A stretch of DNA of 64,000 nt from Flaccisagitta enflata (lineage: Eukaryota): positions 21,390,001 through 21,454,000 of the forward strand of contig OZ231126.1 of assembly GCA_965153355.1 (NCBI GenBank), read 5' to 3'. This document shows positions 1-10,822 of this stretch, piece after piece. Each line of letters begins with the position of its first letter. The first letter of the stretch is position 1. Both the position numbers and the translations under genes were made by a program. The notes beneath the pieces are model-generated. The model did not search any database. It had not been told where the DNA came from and saw only the letters and a program-made list of their open reading frames with translations.

Positions 1-233
1 AGTCTTCAAAACCTAAATCCTGTTTTCCAAGACCGTAGTCTAGGCGTTCAAAACCAAAACCTAGACTGTTTGCATTTGGGACCTGGAAAATCTAGACTGT
101 TTGCCTTGGGAACCTGGAAAGCAAACAAACAGGCGGACGGATTTTCACAGTCTTTAATAGGACTTTAATTTCTTTGGCTCCGCTGACTCTTCGCTCAATT
201 CTGCAACCAACGAATCCAAAAAGTATCGCTGAC

Positions 234-419
234 CTTCCGATGATTTTGTGTTTTGTGAAGTTTGTCCCCTTCTTTTGTAACAACACTCAACCCAACACCC
301 CCAATCACACCACGTGTGCGGCTCTCCCTTGATACTCCCTCTGCCTCCCGCATCACCACCCCTTTTCTTTCCTCCGCCGTTGCCGCCGCCGTCGCTGCCG
401 CCGCAACGGACGTCGCCAT
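234..419 (-). CDS. Possible first coding exon of a gene continuing beyond the left window edge (MATSVAAAATAAATAEERKG...HRK)
   Basis: ATG at 419 in a GC-rich patch with an Ala-rich N-terminus; 186 nt open to a candidate donor AAG|GTCAGC at 234/233. No homology recognised. Confidence 0.3.
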
Positions 420-1167
420 TCGCGTGAAGATCTTCTGAAAAATGAGATTTTAATGTGGAACCGAAAAACTGCGAAAAAAAGCCGCGAAAAAAGGGAAGAA
501 ATAGGAAGAAAAAAAGCTGCAAATGGCGATACGTAGAAGAGGAGAATAAAGGGAAGTGAGAAATAAAAAGAAAAGAGCCCGAAGGATAAGATAAGGTGAG
601 AGGGTGAGAGGGTTTACATTTGTGGGGATGGGTTGGAGGAAGACTTAACCGTTTTTCTAAGACAAGCATGTCTTGTTTGCAAATCGTAATGTGACAGCAG
701 ATTAGAATTTGGCGCCTTGTTGAGAAAATCAGTCAATGATGTCTTTGGATCATGTCTTTCACCTCGTAAAAATTGAAGTGAGTCTAAAAAGATGATTTCA
801 TGAAATATTACGACTGCCGGCCTTACAACTTTCCGTAAGATGTGGTTTTGAATTAGTGCAATGGAACGTTTGCACGCCTAAAACCAGTGGTTAAACGTAC
901 CATACATTTTCGCACTCTGGTCCTTTTCCCTATGATCGAATCAGGGCCTGGGAGGCCAAACAAAATAAAGGGTCTGACACCCCTAGCACCAATCTTGGTC
1001 CTCATACTCTCGTTGTTTTATGCCTAACAGCTGGAACTCTTTTTCTTTGTTTGTGTATTTTGCATCATCAGCAAAAACGGATCATAGATGCATTAAAACC
1101 TACTAGAAACCGGCCGTAACACAAACCCCTTCCGACAAGTTTTTCTAGCCACGATATCTAATTCACA

Positions 1168-1366
<199 letters not shown>

Positions 1367-2441
1367 CACTTTTCTCATCTTTTTTTTTCCCCCTCTCTCG
1401 CTTTTTTTCATTCACTTTTCTTAAGATTAAAAGCAAAAAATCGGCGATGCCAAAAGCCGCCGCGGTTCAACGCGAGACAAAAATCCAATTTGCATAGAAA
1501 TGGAAAAATGTGAGAAATGAAAAATGTCACGATGACAAAGTTACTCTTTTTTGACGCGTTTTATCAGAGTGATAGAAGAACTAACTCAGAGAGAGAGATT
1601 TTTGAGAAAGGAGAGCGCGCCAAAACAGACAGACAGATAGACCGACAGATGGTAACAGTTATCTCCATAAATTGATTTTAAGAAATTCATTTCAAGAAAT
1701 TGATTCCAGATTTAAGATTATCTGCACCTTGGAAACATGGTAACTGTTCAGTGTTCACCATGTTCACTTAAGATCTAGAATACGTGGCTGAGTCATTCTT
1801 TGTCGGTCAGTTGGTCCAGTACAATTGCCATTATGCAATCCCACAGAAAAAAAGAACATTTTTACAAAAAAGCGTTCACTTCGACAAGCTCTAACGTATA
1901 AACTATCCGAGATTAATACCTGGGATTGGTCTAGAGTGACAGAAAATCAAAGAATCTTTAAAATAACTTTATCAGAAAAATGTCAAAATATATATGTATT
2001 TCTTCTTCATGAGCCAACAGTAAGGTGCGGCTTTTATTCGATTTGCGTAGATATATGATTGCAATATGATGAAGTCATTCGATTGGGCACTAGTTATGCG
2101 GTTAAGAATTTAAATCATGACAAGTGGAACAATATCCCTCACTGACTAGTTAATACGCGCACCACTCCTAGTTTTCCATAAAACAGAATCTGAAAACATT
2201 CCTTCTCAATCCAACCCAAAAGAAAACTGCTTACCAAAAGTAGTTTGGGTAATGATTGTTACCTGTTTAACCAAAATTCAACAAATCACCCGAGGGTAGC
2301 ATTGTTAAGAAACCATACTCTTAAAGGATAGAATCGAGGTCAAGCTTACTGCGACCGCCGGACATTCTTATCCAAGGTACTGAGTAGCATGACGCACCCG
2401 GCTGGTCTGAGAACAGTTTCATCACAGACGAATCAAAGAAA

Positions 2442-2548
2442 TTATCCGACGCATCTGTACTCGACTTGGTAATAATCGTGCCATGCCTTGCACTTGATGT
2501 CGGGCAACGATTTCCCAATTATCAGTTTGCATGTTCTTCCGGAACAAC
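2442..2548 (-). CDS. Exon 5 (last) of secreted W/C-repeat + SUEL-type lectin gene: (S)CSGRTCKLIIGKSLPDIKCKAWHDYYQVEYRCVG*
   Basis: Acceptor TTTCAG| at 2549/2548, phase 1, in frame with exon 4. The C-x-G-x2-C...C...Y-x-V-x-Y-x-C pattern matches the C-terminal half of SUEL/galactose-rhamnose-binding lectin domains. Stop TAA at 2444-2442. Confidence 0.75.
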
Positions 2549-2741
2549 CTGAAATGGAATCAAGTTTATAAGAGTCTATCAACTTCAATCCAAACGGTCA
2601 ACGGTACTCAAAGGCGCCTCAATGAGTACAATGACGCGTAAACGCGTCCTGCCAGAGAAGTATCACTTGGTAAGTTTATGCATGCGTTTTTCCACTTTGA
2701 TTTTGGTGATTACAGTTCTTTTCTTTCTACAAACAACTCAC

Positions 2742-2933
2742 TAGGCATCGAGGTTGAAGATATTGGGTCTTTGCAATCGCCAGACGAAAAAGTACAAGCT
2801 TCGTTGTTGCCCTTCCAAAATCCGTAGAAAGCGTTGTCAATTTGAATCCTTTGGCCTTCTGGGCATTCCAAAGAGACAGATACTTTGCGACGCCACGAAG
2901 TGCATATCGTCGCTTTTTTCAAAGGATCTTTGC
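2742..2933 (-). CDS. Exon 4: N-terminal half of SUEL-type lectin domain (ATICTSWRRKVSVSLECPEGQRIQIDNAFYGFWKGNNEAC...DC)
   Basis: Acceptor TGTAG|GC, donor CCTA|GTGAGT, 192 nt, phase 1-1. Contains the L-x-C-P-x-G-x2-I-x-I-x2-A-x-Y-G motif typical of SUEL lectin domains. Confidence 0.75.
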
Positions 2934-3065
2934 CTACATTCATCATTCGGTTAAAAACAGATGACACAAAGCGATAAAAGATGGTGTTTATGTAGGGCTG
3001 TTGTTGTTGTTGTTGTTGTTGGAAGATATTTAGTTTTTCGCGATGATTATCTAGCGAAAAAAATT

Positions 3066-3096
<31 letters not shown>

Positions 3097-4168
3097 CACA
3101 CATGCGCGCAAACACACACACCCACACACACTAGGGGATGTCATACTATGTAGTATGTAGTAGAAAATCATGTATGTAGTATGTAGTATGTAGTATGTAG
3201 TATGTAGTCATACTATGTAGTATGTAGTAGAAAATCATGTATGTAGTATGTAGTAGAAAATCATCACGGAACTCTGGTTCTAGGTTGTTCATGATGTCCT
3301 GAAAACAGTGGAAAAAATTTTGGTCCACTCTCGTCTTGTCTAGATGTGCCCATTTTTGACGAAAATTGAGCTATCAGACAGGCGAAAATCGCAAAAATCG
3401 TCAAAATCTGCCAAAATCAGTTAACTAAAGCAGTATGCAGGGCTTCCAAAATATAATTGTGCTGATGGCTACTATCATTTTTTGCATTCATACAGCACAT
3501 ATACACATTGCTATACCCTAGAAAACAAGTGGGAACCTCTGAATCAACTCCAACAGTATATCCAAAAAAGGTTTAAAATGGGAAAAAATCGCGAAAATTG
3601 CAAAAATTCAAAAAATTGCTCGAGTGCTCAACCTTCTTCCTCCAGGACTTGCAACCTGGCATAGGTGTTTTACTTTAGCATTTTTTATTTGGTTTTTTTG
3701 TTTTTTTTTGTGTCTTTTTGTGTTTTTTTTGTTTTGTTTTTTGTTTTTTTTGTTTTTTTTTTCAATAAATAGTGAGAATAAATAGTGAGAAAAGGTAAAA
3801 TCATAAAAGTGCAGATATTTCTGCAAGGAGGACAGAGTATGTCACATCCAGTAGTCTGATTTTTAACCACTAAAGACAAATACAGTTTAATACAATTCAA
3901 TAAAATAAAAAAATCAAAGTAATTAAAACAATGCTAGAGATTGCCTTTCAGCAGATCAAGCATATAAGTCTGATTTTTAACCACTAGGGAAAAATCATGT
4001 GAGTTGGGAAAGTCAGACAGTGAGGAACTGAAAAGTTCACTTTATCTGACTTGCATGTGAGACTCAATGAGTCAAACATAGATTTAGCTTATTTTTAACC
4101 ACTAAGGAATGAACAAGGATTGATCTGGAGAAAAATGAGAAGGATAAAGAGCCTTCTTTAATGCATCA

Positions 4169-5651
4169 TTAACGGGGGCTAATTGTCAGGAACTGTAAGG
4201 GAATCTTCCCATCCCAGCCATCACCTTCCCACTTCCCCATGGCAAACACAACATCAGAAAATCTGTTTCCAAAGAAGCAGATCCCATGTTCCAGGGCAGT
4301 CTCTGCATTAACTTCAATTTTGTGGGTTGCAGTTGGCCTGTACACATTTTCTCCAGTGCCAAAGTTTATCCCCCCTTTCCGGTCTTGCTGGCACAAAAAT
4401 CCCGCCTGGATTATGGCCTTTGTTGCACTGGTACTATCTAGGAAAAAAGTTTGGCGACACTTAGGGTTGGCAGTGTGTTTCTCTCCTCATGTGCTAAAAA
4501 CTTGTCTATCTGATTGTTTTTAGTTATTTCTATATTCATACTAACTAGAACAAAAAAGAAAAATTATCTTAAATCCAATTAAGAGACCGTGAGTTTGGTT
4601 TAATAATCACAACTAGGAGGTGGTTGTGGTAATAATAGTAGATATTTGTCATTTTGGCTTCAAATTTGAGCTACTTCCCTTCCAAAATCTGACCGAAAAT
4701 CCATGAGATTATAAAACTGGAGCTCAAGAGCTCACCAATGATGCAATCCGCATGTTTCTATCATAATCTACTAAAATTTGAGAGCATTTCAAAGATGGAA
4801 GGGTAGAAGAAAAGATTAATTCTTTTTTTTTTGCCATTTCTGAAAGTACATGATCAACTTTAAACACATGGCATTTCTAAACGGTTTGACGCACAGAGAC
4901 GAGATTGCGCTCAGATTGCAGATTTTTTGACGTAGAATGAAATGCTCATGAATTTTGTTTACTTATCTTAATGGGAAGTTGAGCAATCTTTCATTAAAGG
5001 TGTCGCCAAACATATTTCCTAGGAAGTATGATGAGTAAAAGGAGCCAGCTGTTGGATTGACTCTTTCCCCAGCCTGTAAAGACCTGGAGGTGCAAAAACC
5101 TTCTGACTGTGGCCCCCAAGAGCGGCAATTCTTATTTCCTTAGGCAGGCCGGGAGAAACCATTTCAAGAACCACAAATTGCCTTTTTCTTTTTTCTTCTT
5201 GTGAGCTGCCATCATATTCCAGATTTGTTGCCAAAAGAATATCCTCTTTGGAATACCCTAGCTTCTGTTGAATGACTTCAACAGCAACAGATCCATCATT
5301 TTCTGAATAGTCCCTAGTGGGAAGGTGATGTCTCAGAAAAAAGCTTAGCTTTTTGGCAAGTTTTTGGCCCTCTTCCCTGGACAAAGCCTCTAAAGGGGTC
5401 TTGTGATCTGAAGCTACTTGCTTGAAAACCAAAGTAGAACCAAGGACCTTAGCCACCAATTCAAACTCTGCTGGATAGCAGGTATCCCTTTCAGCAAGAA
5501 AGATTTTGAACGAGCGTTTCTGCAGTTCTTTTCTTGCCTGCACCCAAGTTCGCTCTAACTCATAAACATTTCTAAGAGCAACCCTTCCTTTAGCTTGCTG
5601 CTGCGTCTTCTGCTTGTTGGCTTGCTTGCCATTTTGCTCCTTATGCCACTG
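4169..5651 (-). pseudogene. Tpt1/KptA-like RNA 2'-phosphotransferase (ADP-ribosyltransferase fold) gene, interrupted by MITE 4434-5026; start codon or upstream exon not found
   Basis: Motifs in the canonical order: LAKKLSFFLRHH (cf. LSKxLSxxLRH), DGSVAV, KRKRQF, IRIAALGGHS (cf. IRANQGHS), FTHHTSATKAIIQAGFL (cf. LYHGT..I..GL), DRKGGINF, IEVNAETALEHGICFF (cf. IDxxxALxDGIxF), DGKIPLQFL (cf. GxIPPxYF). Joining 5543-5027 to 4431-4169 gives 780 nt in one frame. Confidence 0.75.
4434..5026. mobile_element. Tc1/mariner-type MITE (593 bp) nested in the Tpt1-like gene
   Basis: Imperfect ~27-bp TIRs CTATCTAGGAAAAAAGTTTGGCGACAC / GTGTCGCCAAACATATTTCCTAGGAAG. TA at 4432-4433 and 5027-5028. The reconstructed empty site restores the reading frame. 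Confidence 0.85.
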
Positions 5652-5937
5652 TTATAATAGAATTTGTTGAGTAATTGGGATATGCTCGACTTCTTTAGTT
5701 AGACCCTTAAGTACTTATGAACAAAGATTTTAGGAAATATTCTTATCTCTTTAGGACTTACTTTAGAACATTAGTTTTAATAATAAAAGCTTTGGAACAA
5801 ATGCTGTAGTGCTTCAATTTTTTCCTATGGAGTCCTATAGTCCTAAGGGGGCAAAGTCCAAAGGCGTCTCACTTATGTGAACTTTAAAAAACAGGTCCTA
5901 AATTAAAGGAAGCTATAACAAGTACAAAAAGCGCTCA

Positions 5938-6198
5938 GAGCCTCCTTTCACACTGACCATGACCAATGAGCAATTGACATCCCTGAAAGATAGTCCATTG
6001 GAGGTGCCAGCATACCCTTGTCATACACAAGCAGTTGAAAGAGCCATTTGACTTGTGACCGAAGCTTCTTCCTCAGTCATTGGACACGAGGCAAGGGAGG
6101 GATTCATCAGGCAAAGAATCCTGGCCAGGAAAGGCCTGAAGGGGCATGCTTCAAAGAAGGACTTTTTTGCGAGACTGGAGGGGGACACTGATGAATAA
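5938..6198 (+). pseudogene. C-terminal remnant of a DNA transposase (EPPFT...PCHTQAVERAI*LVTEASSSVIGHEAREGFIRQR...SKKDFF)
   Basis: The EPP..T / PCHTQAVER.. / LVTEAS / G..AR.GFIR motif is recognisable from invertebrate hAT-related transposase C-termini. In-frame TGA at 6049-6051, plausibly CGA>TGA decay. The N-terminal part is missing. Confidence 0.75.
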
Positions 6199-6242
6199 AC
6201 TGTTTTAATGCCTTTGTTGTATTCTCATTTCATTTCTATTCT

Positions 6243-6640
6243 GTCCTTAGTGGTTAAAAATGAGATTTCCAAGTGTGGTTGCCTCAGTCCCACACTAAAG
6301 TTAGTCAAAGTGAACTTCTCAGTTCCTCCCTGTCTGACTCACAAATTCCTTTGATTTCTCCTTAGTGGTTAAAAATGAGATTTCCAAGTGTGGTTGATTT
6401 AGTCCCACACTGCAGTCAGTCAAAGTGAACTTTTCAGTTCCTCACTGTCTGACTCACTAATTCCTTTGATTTCCTCCTTAGTGGTTAAAAATGAGATTTC
6501 CAAGTGTGGTTGATTTAGTCCCACACTGCAGTCAGTCAAAGTGAACTTTTCAGTTCCTCACTGTCTGACTCACTAATTCCTTTGATTTCCTCCTTAGTGG
6601 TTAAAAATGAGATTTCACCTTAGTGGTGAAAAATGAGATA
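6243..6640. repeat. Subterminal ~119-bp tandem repeat (about 3 copies) with CCTTAGTGGTTAAAAATGAGAT motif; inverted copies at ~3855-4110
   Basis: Direct inspection. The motif recurs at ~6245, 6360, 6477, 6592, 6828, and inverted (TTTTTAACCACTA) at ~3860, 3974, 4092. Confidence 0.85.
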
Positions 6641-7449
6641 AGTCTGTTTAGACAGGCAAGAAAAAACCAGGTGTTCAGCATTTTCCAGCACCTGGTGTAC
6701 TGATTCATGATTATTTCATTATAATTTTTCTGAATGTCTTTCAATATTATTCAATTACTTTAGAATCTAATTAAATGATATTTAATATTTTTGAATTATT
6801 GATTGAATTATATTGAACTGCATTTGTCCTTAGTGGTTAAAAAATCAGCCTATTGGATGTGTCATACTCTGTCCTCCTTGCAGAAATACCTGCACCTTTT
6901 CTCACTATTGTTTATTGAAAAAAAAAAACAAAAAAAACAAAACAAAAAAACAAAAACAAAAAACAAAAACAAAAAAAAACAAAAAACCAAATAAAAAATG
7001 CTAAAGTAAAACACCTATGTCAGGTTGCAAGTCCTGGAGGAAGAAGGTTGAGCACATGAGCAATTTTTTGAATTTTTGCAATTTTCACGATTTTTTCCCA
7101 TTTTTGGCCTTTTTTGGATGTACTGTTGGAGTTGATTCAGAGGTTCCCACTCGTTTTCTAGGGTATAGCAATGTGTATCTGTGCTGTATGAATGCAAAAA
7201 ATGATAATAGCTATCAGCTTAATTATATTTTGGAAGGCCTACATACTGCTTGTGTTAACTGATTTTGGCGGATTTTGACGATTTTTGCGATTTTCGCCTA
7301 TCTGATAGCTCAATTTTGGTCAAAAATGGGCACATCTAGACAAGACGTGAGTGGACCAAAATTTTTTCCACTGTTTTCAGGACATCATGAACAACCTAGA
7401 ACCAGAGTTCCGTGATGATTTTCCACCAGCAACATAGTATGACATCCCC

Positions 7450-7504
<55 letters not shown>

Positions 7505-7575
7505 GGTTGCCGTATTCAAGAACAAGACCTTACCTTGACACGTTTCTTTTCAGTATGAACCGCGGTTGGTCTTAC

Positions 7576-7779
7576 CTTTTCCACAACCGCATTGAGGACA
7601 AACCAACGCCGATCTTCCTCCTGCATCTGACCATCCATCAAATTTTCCTTTCCAGGTCATATTCCATCCAGCCCCATAATGATCCCCACTTATTTTGCAA
7701 TATTGCAGCTTCGCATATCCATCGCAGCTCGTTCCATTCATATCTTTCCAGTCCGCGTCGCACTCAAAGTCAGTTGAAA
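7576..7779 (-). CDS. Exon 3: second Trp/Cys-rich repeat (STDFECDADWKDMNGTSCDGYAKLQYCKISGDHYGAGWNMTWKGKFDGWSDAGGRSALVCPQCGCGK)
   Basis: Acceptor CCAG|TT, donor AAAG|GTAAGA, 204 nt, phase 1-1. Clear paralog of the exon 2 repeat. Confidence 0.8.
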
Positions 7780-8007
7780 CTGGTTCGTACAGATAACGAT
7801 TAAATCATGATTATTGAATGATTATTCATTTACGGGAGTAATGTAATGGATACGATGAGTTTTGAAGTGCGTCCTCGCACTTCTATAAGAGGTCATGTCC
7901 GTCGGTCGGTCGGTTGGTCGTTTGAAATGCGCAAAACGGCTGATTCTGACGTAATTCTTCATTCCTATCAGGCTATCACCTCTCATGCCTTACCATATTC
8001 ATTTTCA

Positions 8008-8120
8008 TTCATTCAATCATTCATTCATTCATTCATTCATTCATTCATTCATTCATTCATTCATTCATTCATTCATTCATTCATTCATTCATTCATTCAT
8101 TCATTTATTCATTCATATTC
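8008..8120. repeat. (ATTC)n microsatellite
   Basis: Direct inspection. Confidence 0.95.
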
Positions 8121-8810
8121 ATCAAAAACGCTCATTCACAAATTCTCAACCAAGTGAGGCGCACTTATTGGCCTTTACTTTGCCTTGTTATCCCTAGTAT
8201 GAGTTATATTGATAGTAAAGGATAGCAACCAAATCTCTGCAGATAGCGTAGTAGCTGTTGACTTTTACCTGTACAGCCTTAGAAAAAAGTATACCGACAC
8301 CTAGGCAATTCATTGATTAATTCACCAAGTATTGACCAAAACATTAAACTGAAACTGCTGAGTGGTTATGTAATATTTTTACCTTACCTTACCTTACCTT
8401 GATCCATGATTTTCATATTTCAAGCACCTTATACAGTTTTTTATATTGTTAAAGATGATTTGATTTCACATCTCTTAAATAAACTTTGCTGAACCAATCA
8501 TTCTAGATATATGTTTAATATTTTGCTTGTAGCCTCTAATCGATTAAAGCTACAGAAACCAGATTGCGCTCATCTTAAAGATGTTTTAATGAAGATTAAA
8601 ATGCTTTTTTTTTTAAGTTACTAGCTTTTCTAGAAGACAAGATATCTTTAATAGAATCTGTCACTAAAAAATTAAGTACTTCATTCTCGATTTTTTCACA
8701 TTTTCGAAAATGAATGTTTTTATTTTTTTGCTTGCCATCTATAAACGGTTAAAGCTACAAGAACCAGATTGGATTTGTTGTAGCTAACATCATGATATAA
8801 AAATGTCGCC

Positions 8811-9009
8811 TTTTTAGTCGCGTGCTGCGCGACTCTACACCCCGCCATGACGGTCTGTTGGTCGGTCGGTCGGTCGGTCCCCTTTTTACCTTTTCGGCGT
8901 TTTTAAGCATTTTGAGCATACGGCTCCTGCCCAGATGCCCTAGACCTTCTCCAGCACTGCTCCTGCCCACCCGCACGCGACTAGGGTAGCCGTATATATG
9001 GCCTAGTTT
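8811..9009 (+). mobile_element. HINE/DINE-1-like short repeat, family A (other copies ~10968-11119, 11695-11780, 13852-14037, 19981-20107, 36354-36520, 37069-37271, 43595-43806, 54917-55115, 59270-59442, 59740-59945, 63685-63848)
   Basis: Starts in a T-run with hairpin AGTCGCGT..ACGCGACT, has a central (GGTC/GTCC)n microsatellite, an inverted ACGCGACT near the 3' end and a GCCGTGTATCCGGCCTTGTT tail; no TSD. This is the architecture of Helentron-associated elements. Confidence 0.7.
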
Positions 9010-9264
9010 GTTTGTTTAGAAAGTATGATAAAGTTAGGCACAGCACAGAAAGAAAATAGATGTTTTCCATTGAATCTAATTTTTCTGTTTCTATCAGAGA
9101 TCACTGATCTCAGATCAGTCTATAAGAGTCTATAAGAGTCTATAGGAGTCGATATATAGGACTTTTATAAGAGTTTCTATAGGAAATCAGTCTTACTTGG
9201 CTGAAAGACTGATAGTTATTTTCAAGAAAATAAAAGCTATCTGCTCATTCTTATTGAAACTCAC

Positions 9265-9462
9265 CGTTTTTGACATAGACGCCTCCCACGCATCCACATT
9301 CGGGACAGACCAGCCCCGTTCTTCCATCTTCACTCGCCCATCCTTCCATTTTCCCAAACATTTTCTTCACTTTAGGTACATAGTGATCTCCGTCTTTCTT
9401 GCACCATTTCATTTCGCCATATTTTTCACATCCATTTCCATCCCAACCCTTCCAGTCCTTGT
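9265..9462 (-). CDS. 3' part of exon 2: first Trp/Cys-rich repeat (CDKDWKGWDGNGCEKYGEMKWCKKDGDHY...WASEDGRTGLVCPECGC)
   Basis: Donor AACG|GTGAGT at 9265/9264. Continuous with 12924-12895 after removing the insertion and one CGCA copy (228 nt, phase 1-1). Confidence 0.8.
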
Positions 9463-10431
9463 CGCACACTGTATGGCCTAATGTTAGTTACTCGGAAAAA
9501 ATGCCTCAGCATAGCGGCCTATACTGGGGGGTAGTATGGACCCTCACCATCACATCCATACCAGGAGCCAAATGTTCTACTGGGAAATTAGGCCAAAAAG
9601 GCCTAATATTGCCATTTCTCAGGTCATTTCCGTTCTTTCATGGGATTTTTGGCTTTTTTTTTCATATGACTGGCTTTTTTTTCTAATAATGATGCCAAAG
9701 GGTGTTTCTTTACCCTATGGATACATGCCAGACCAAAGCAAGAAAAAAATCTGGTTAAATTGACCTAATATGGCCTGATCTAAGGCATTTCTTAGGCCAA
9801 AAATCCATTTTATCGACTTTTAAACATAAAGAATAATTCTTTGAGCTTCTCCTCTCTGTTACTGTTATCTTGCAATTTATCTACACTGAATGAAAATAAT
9901 CTTGGCCTGGGAAGCCAAAATCTCAGGTCAAGATGAAGTTATTAGGCCAAATACTGTAATTTTACACCCCTTAAATCTCTATCAGGAAGAATGAAACTTT
10001 GATAACTGATAATTGATCATACTTCCTCGAGAAGTATTAACTTTCCCTATGAATTCTTAATGTCAATTTTACATTCTTGCTACGCTCCCCCACCCCCGCC
10101 ACTCCCAGAATCCTAAACTGAAAACTAGGACAACCTTGATGGTGGCTTGCAGCAAGAGAATCAATCTTTATCCATAACCGAAATATTTTCAACGTAATAC
10201 ATTCCATTGATTTTCAATTCGGTCTGACATTGGAGCTGGAAGGCAAATTAACGAAAAATCATTAAGTAAATCATAACAATTGGTCTTTGACCAGCATGAA
10301 TTCAGATGGCGTTTTTGTCGATTTCCAATTTGTCGATTATTTTAGCCTTTGAGCGGTGAATTCTTGAGTGATTTTAAGGAAAGTGTCTCTGTACACTTTG
10401 GAAGTTGTGACATGTGGGAGTTGATAACAGT

Positions 10432-10463
10432 CGTTGTTGTTTTTGTTGTTGTTGTTGGTGTCG

Positions 10464-10504
<41 letters not shown>

Positions 10505-10512
10505 GCTGTTGC

Positions 10513-10554
<42 letters not shown>

Positions 10555-10694
10555 CGTTGTCATTGTTGTCGTTGTTGTTGTTGTCGTCGTTGTTGTTGCT
10601 GTTGTTGTTGTTGTTGTTGCTGTTGTCCTTGTTGTTATTGTTGATGTTGTCATAGTTGTTGTCATTGTTGCTGTTGTCAATGTAGCTGTTGTCC

Positions 10695-10749
<55 letters not shown>

Positions 10750-10822
10750 CGTAGTTGTTGTTGTAGTTGTTGTTGTAGTTGTTGTTGTTATTGACGTTGT
10801 TGTTGTTGTTGTTGTTGTTGTC
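10432..10822. repeat. (GTT)n/(AAC)n microsatellite (similar arrays at 19466-19652, 35091-35243, 60048-60251, 63066-63229)
   Basis: Direct inspection. Confidence 0.97.

Larger units (their letters stand above)
3132..7451. mobile_element. Non-autonomous hAT-like (hATm-like) DNA transposon, 4.3 kb, with ~650-770 bp TIRs; carries a Tpt1/KptA-like gene and a transposase remnant
   Basis: Ends TAGGGGATGTCATACTATG...CATAGTATGACATCCCCTA. 3132-~3905 is the inverted copy of ~6797-7451 (the ORFs 3482-3664+ and 7015-7197- mirror each other). ACACACAC flanks both sides, compatible with an 8-bp TSD, though it lies in a CA repeat. TAGGG fits the hAT YAGNG terminus. The superfamily call is inferred. Confidence 0.85.

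Noticed and set aside
5640-5660. Exonisation of the Tpt1-like ORF into the lectin mRNA via ATAACAG|TGG (same strand, inside intron 3)
   Set aside because: The host donor is phase 1 and this acceptor is phase 0 for the Tpt1 frame; the join reads GTG GCA TAA (stop).
6243-6640. CRISPR-like appearance of regularly spaced CCTTAGTGGTTAAAAATGAG repeats
   Set aside because: The intervening sequences are near-identical, not unique spacers; eukaryotic transposon subterminal repeat; no cas genes.
3482-7197. Near-identical 60-aa ORFs MHSYST... at 3482-3664 (+) and 7015-7197 (-)
   Set aside because: Mirror images produced by the long TIRs; no coding signature.
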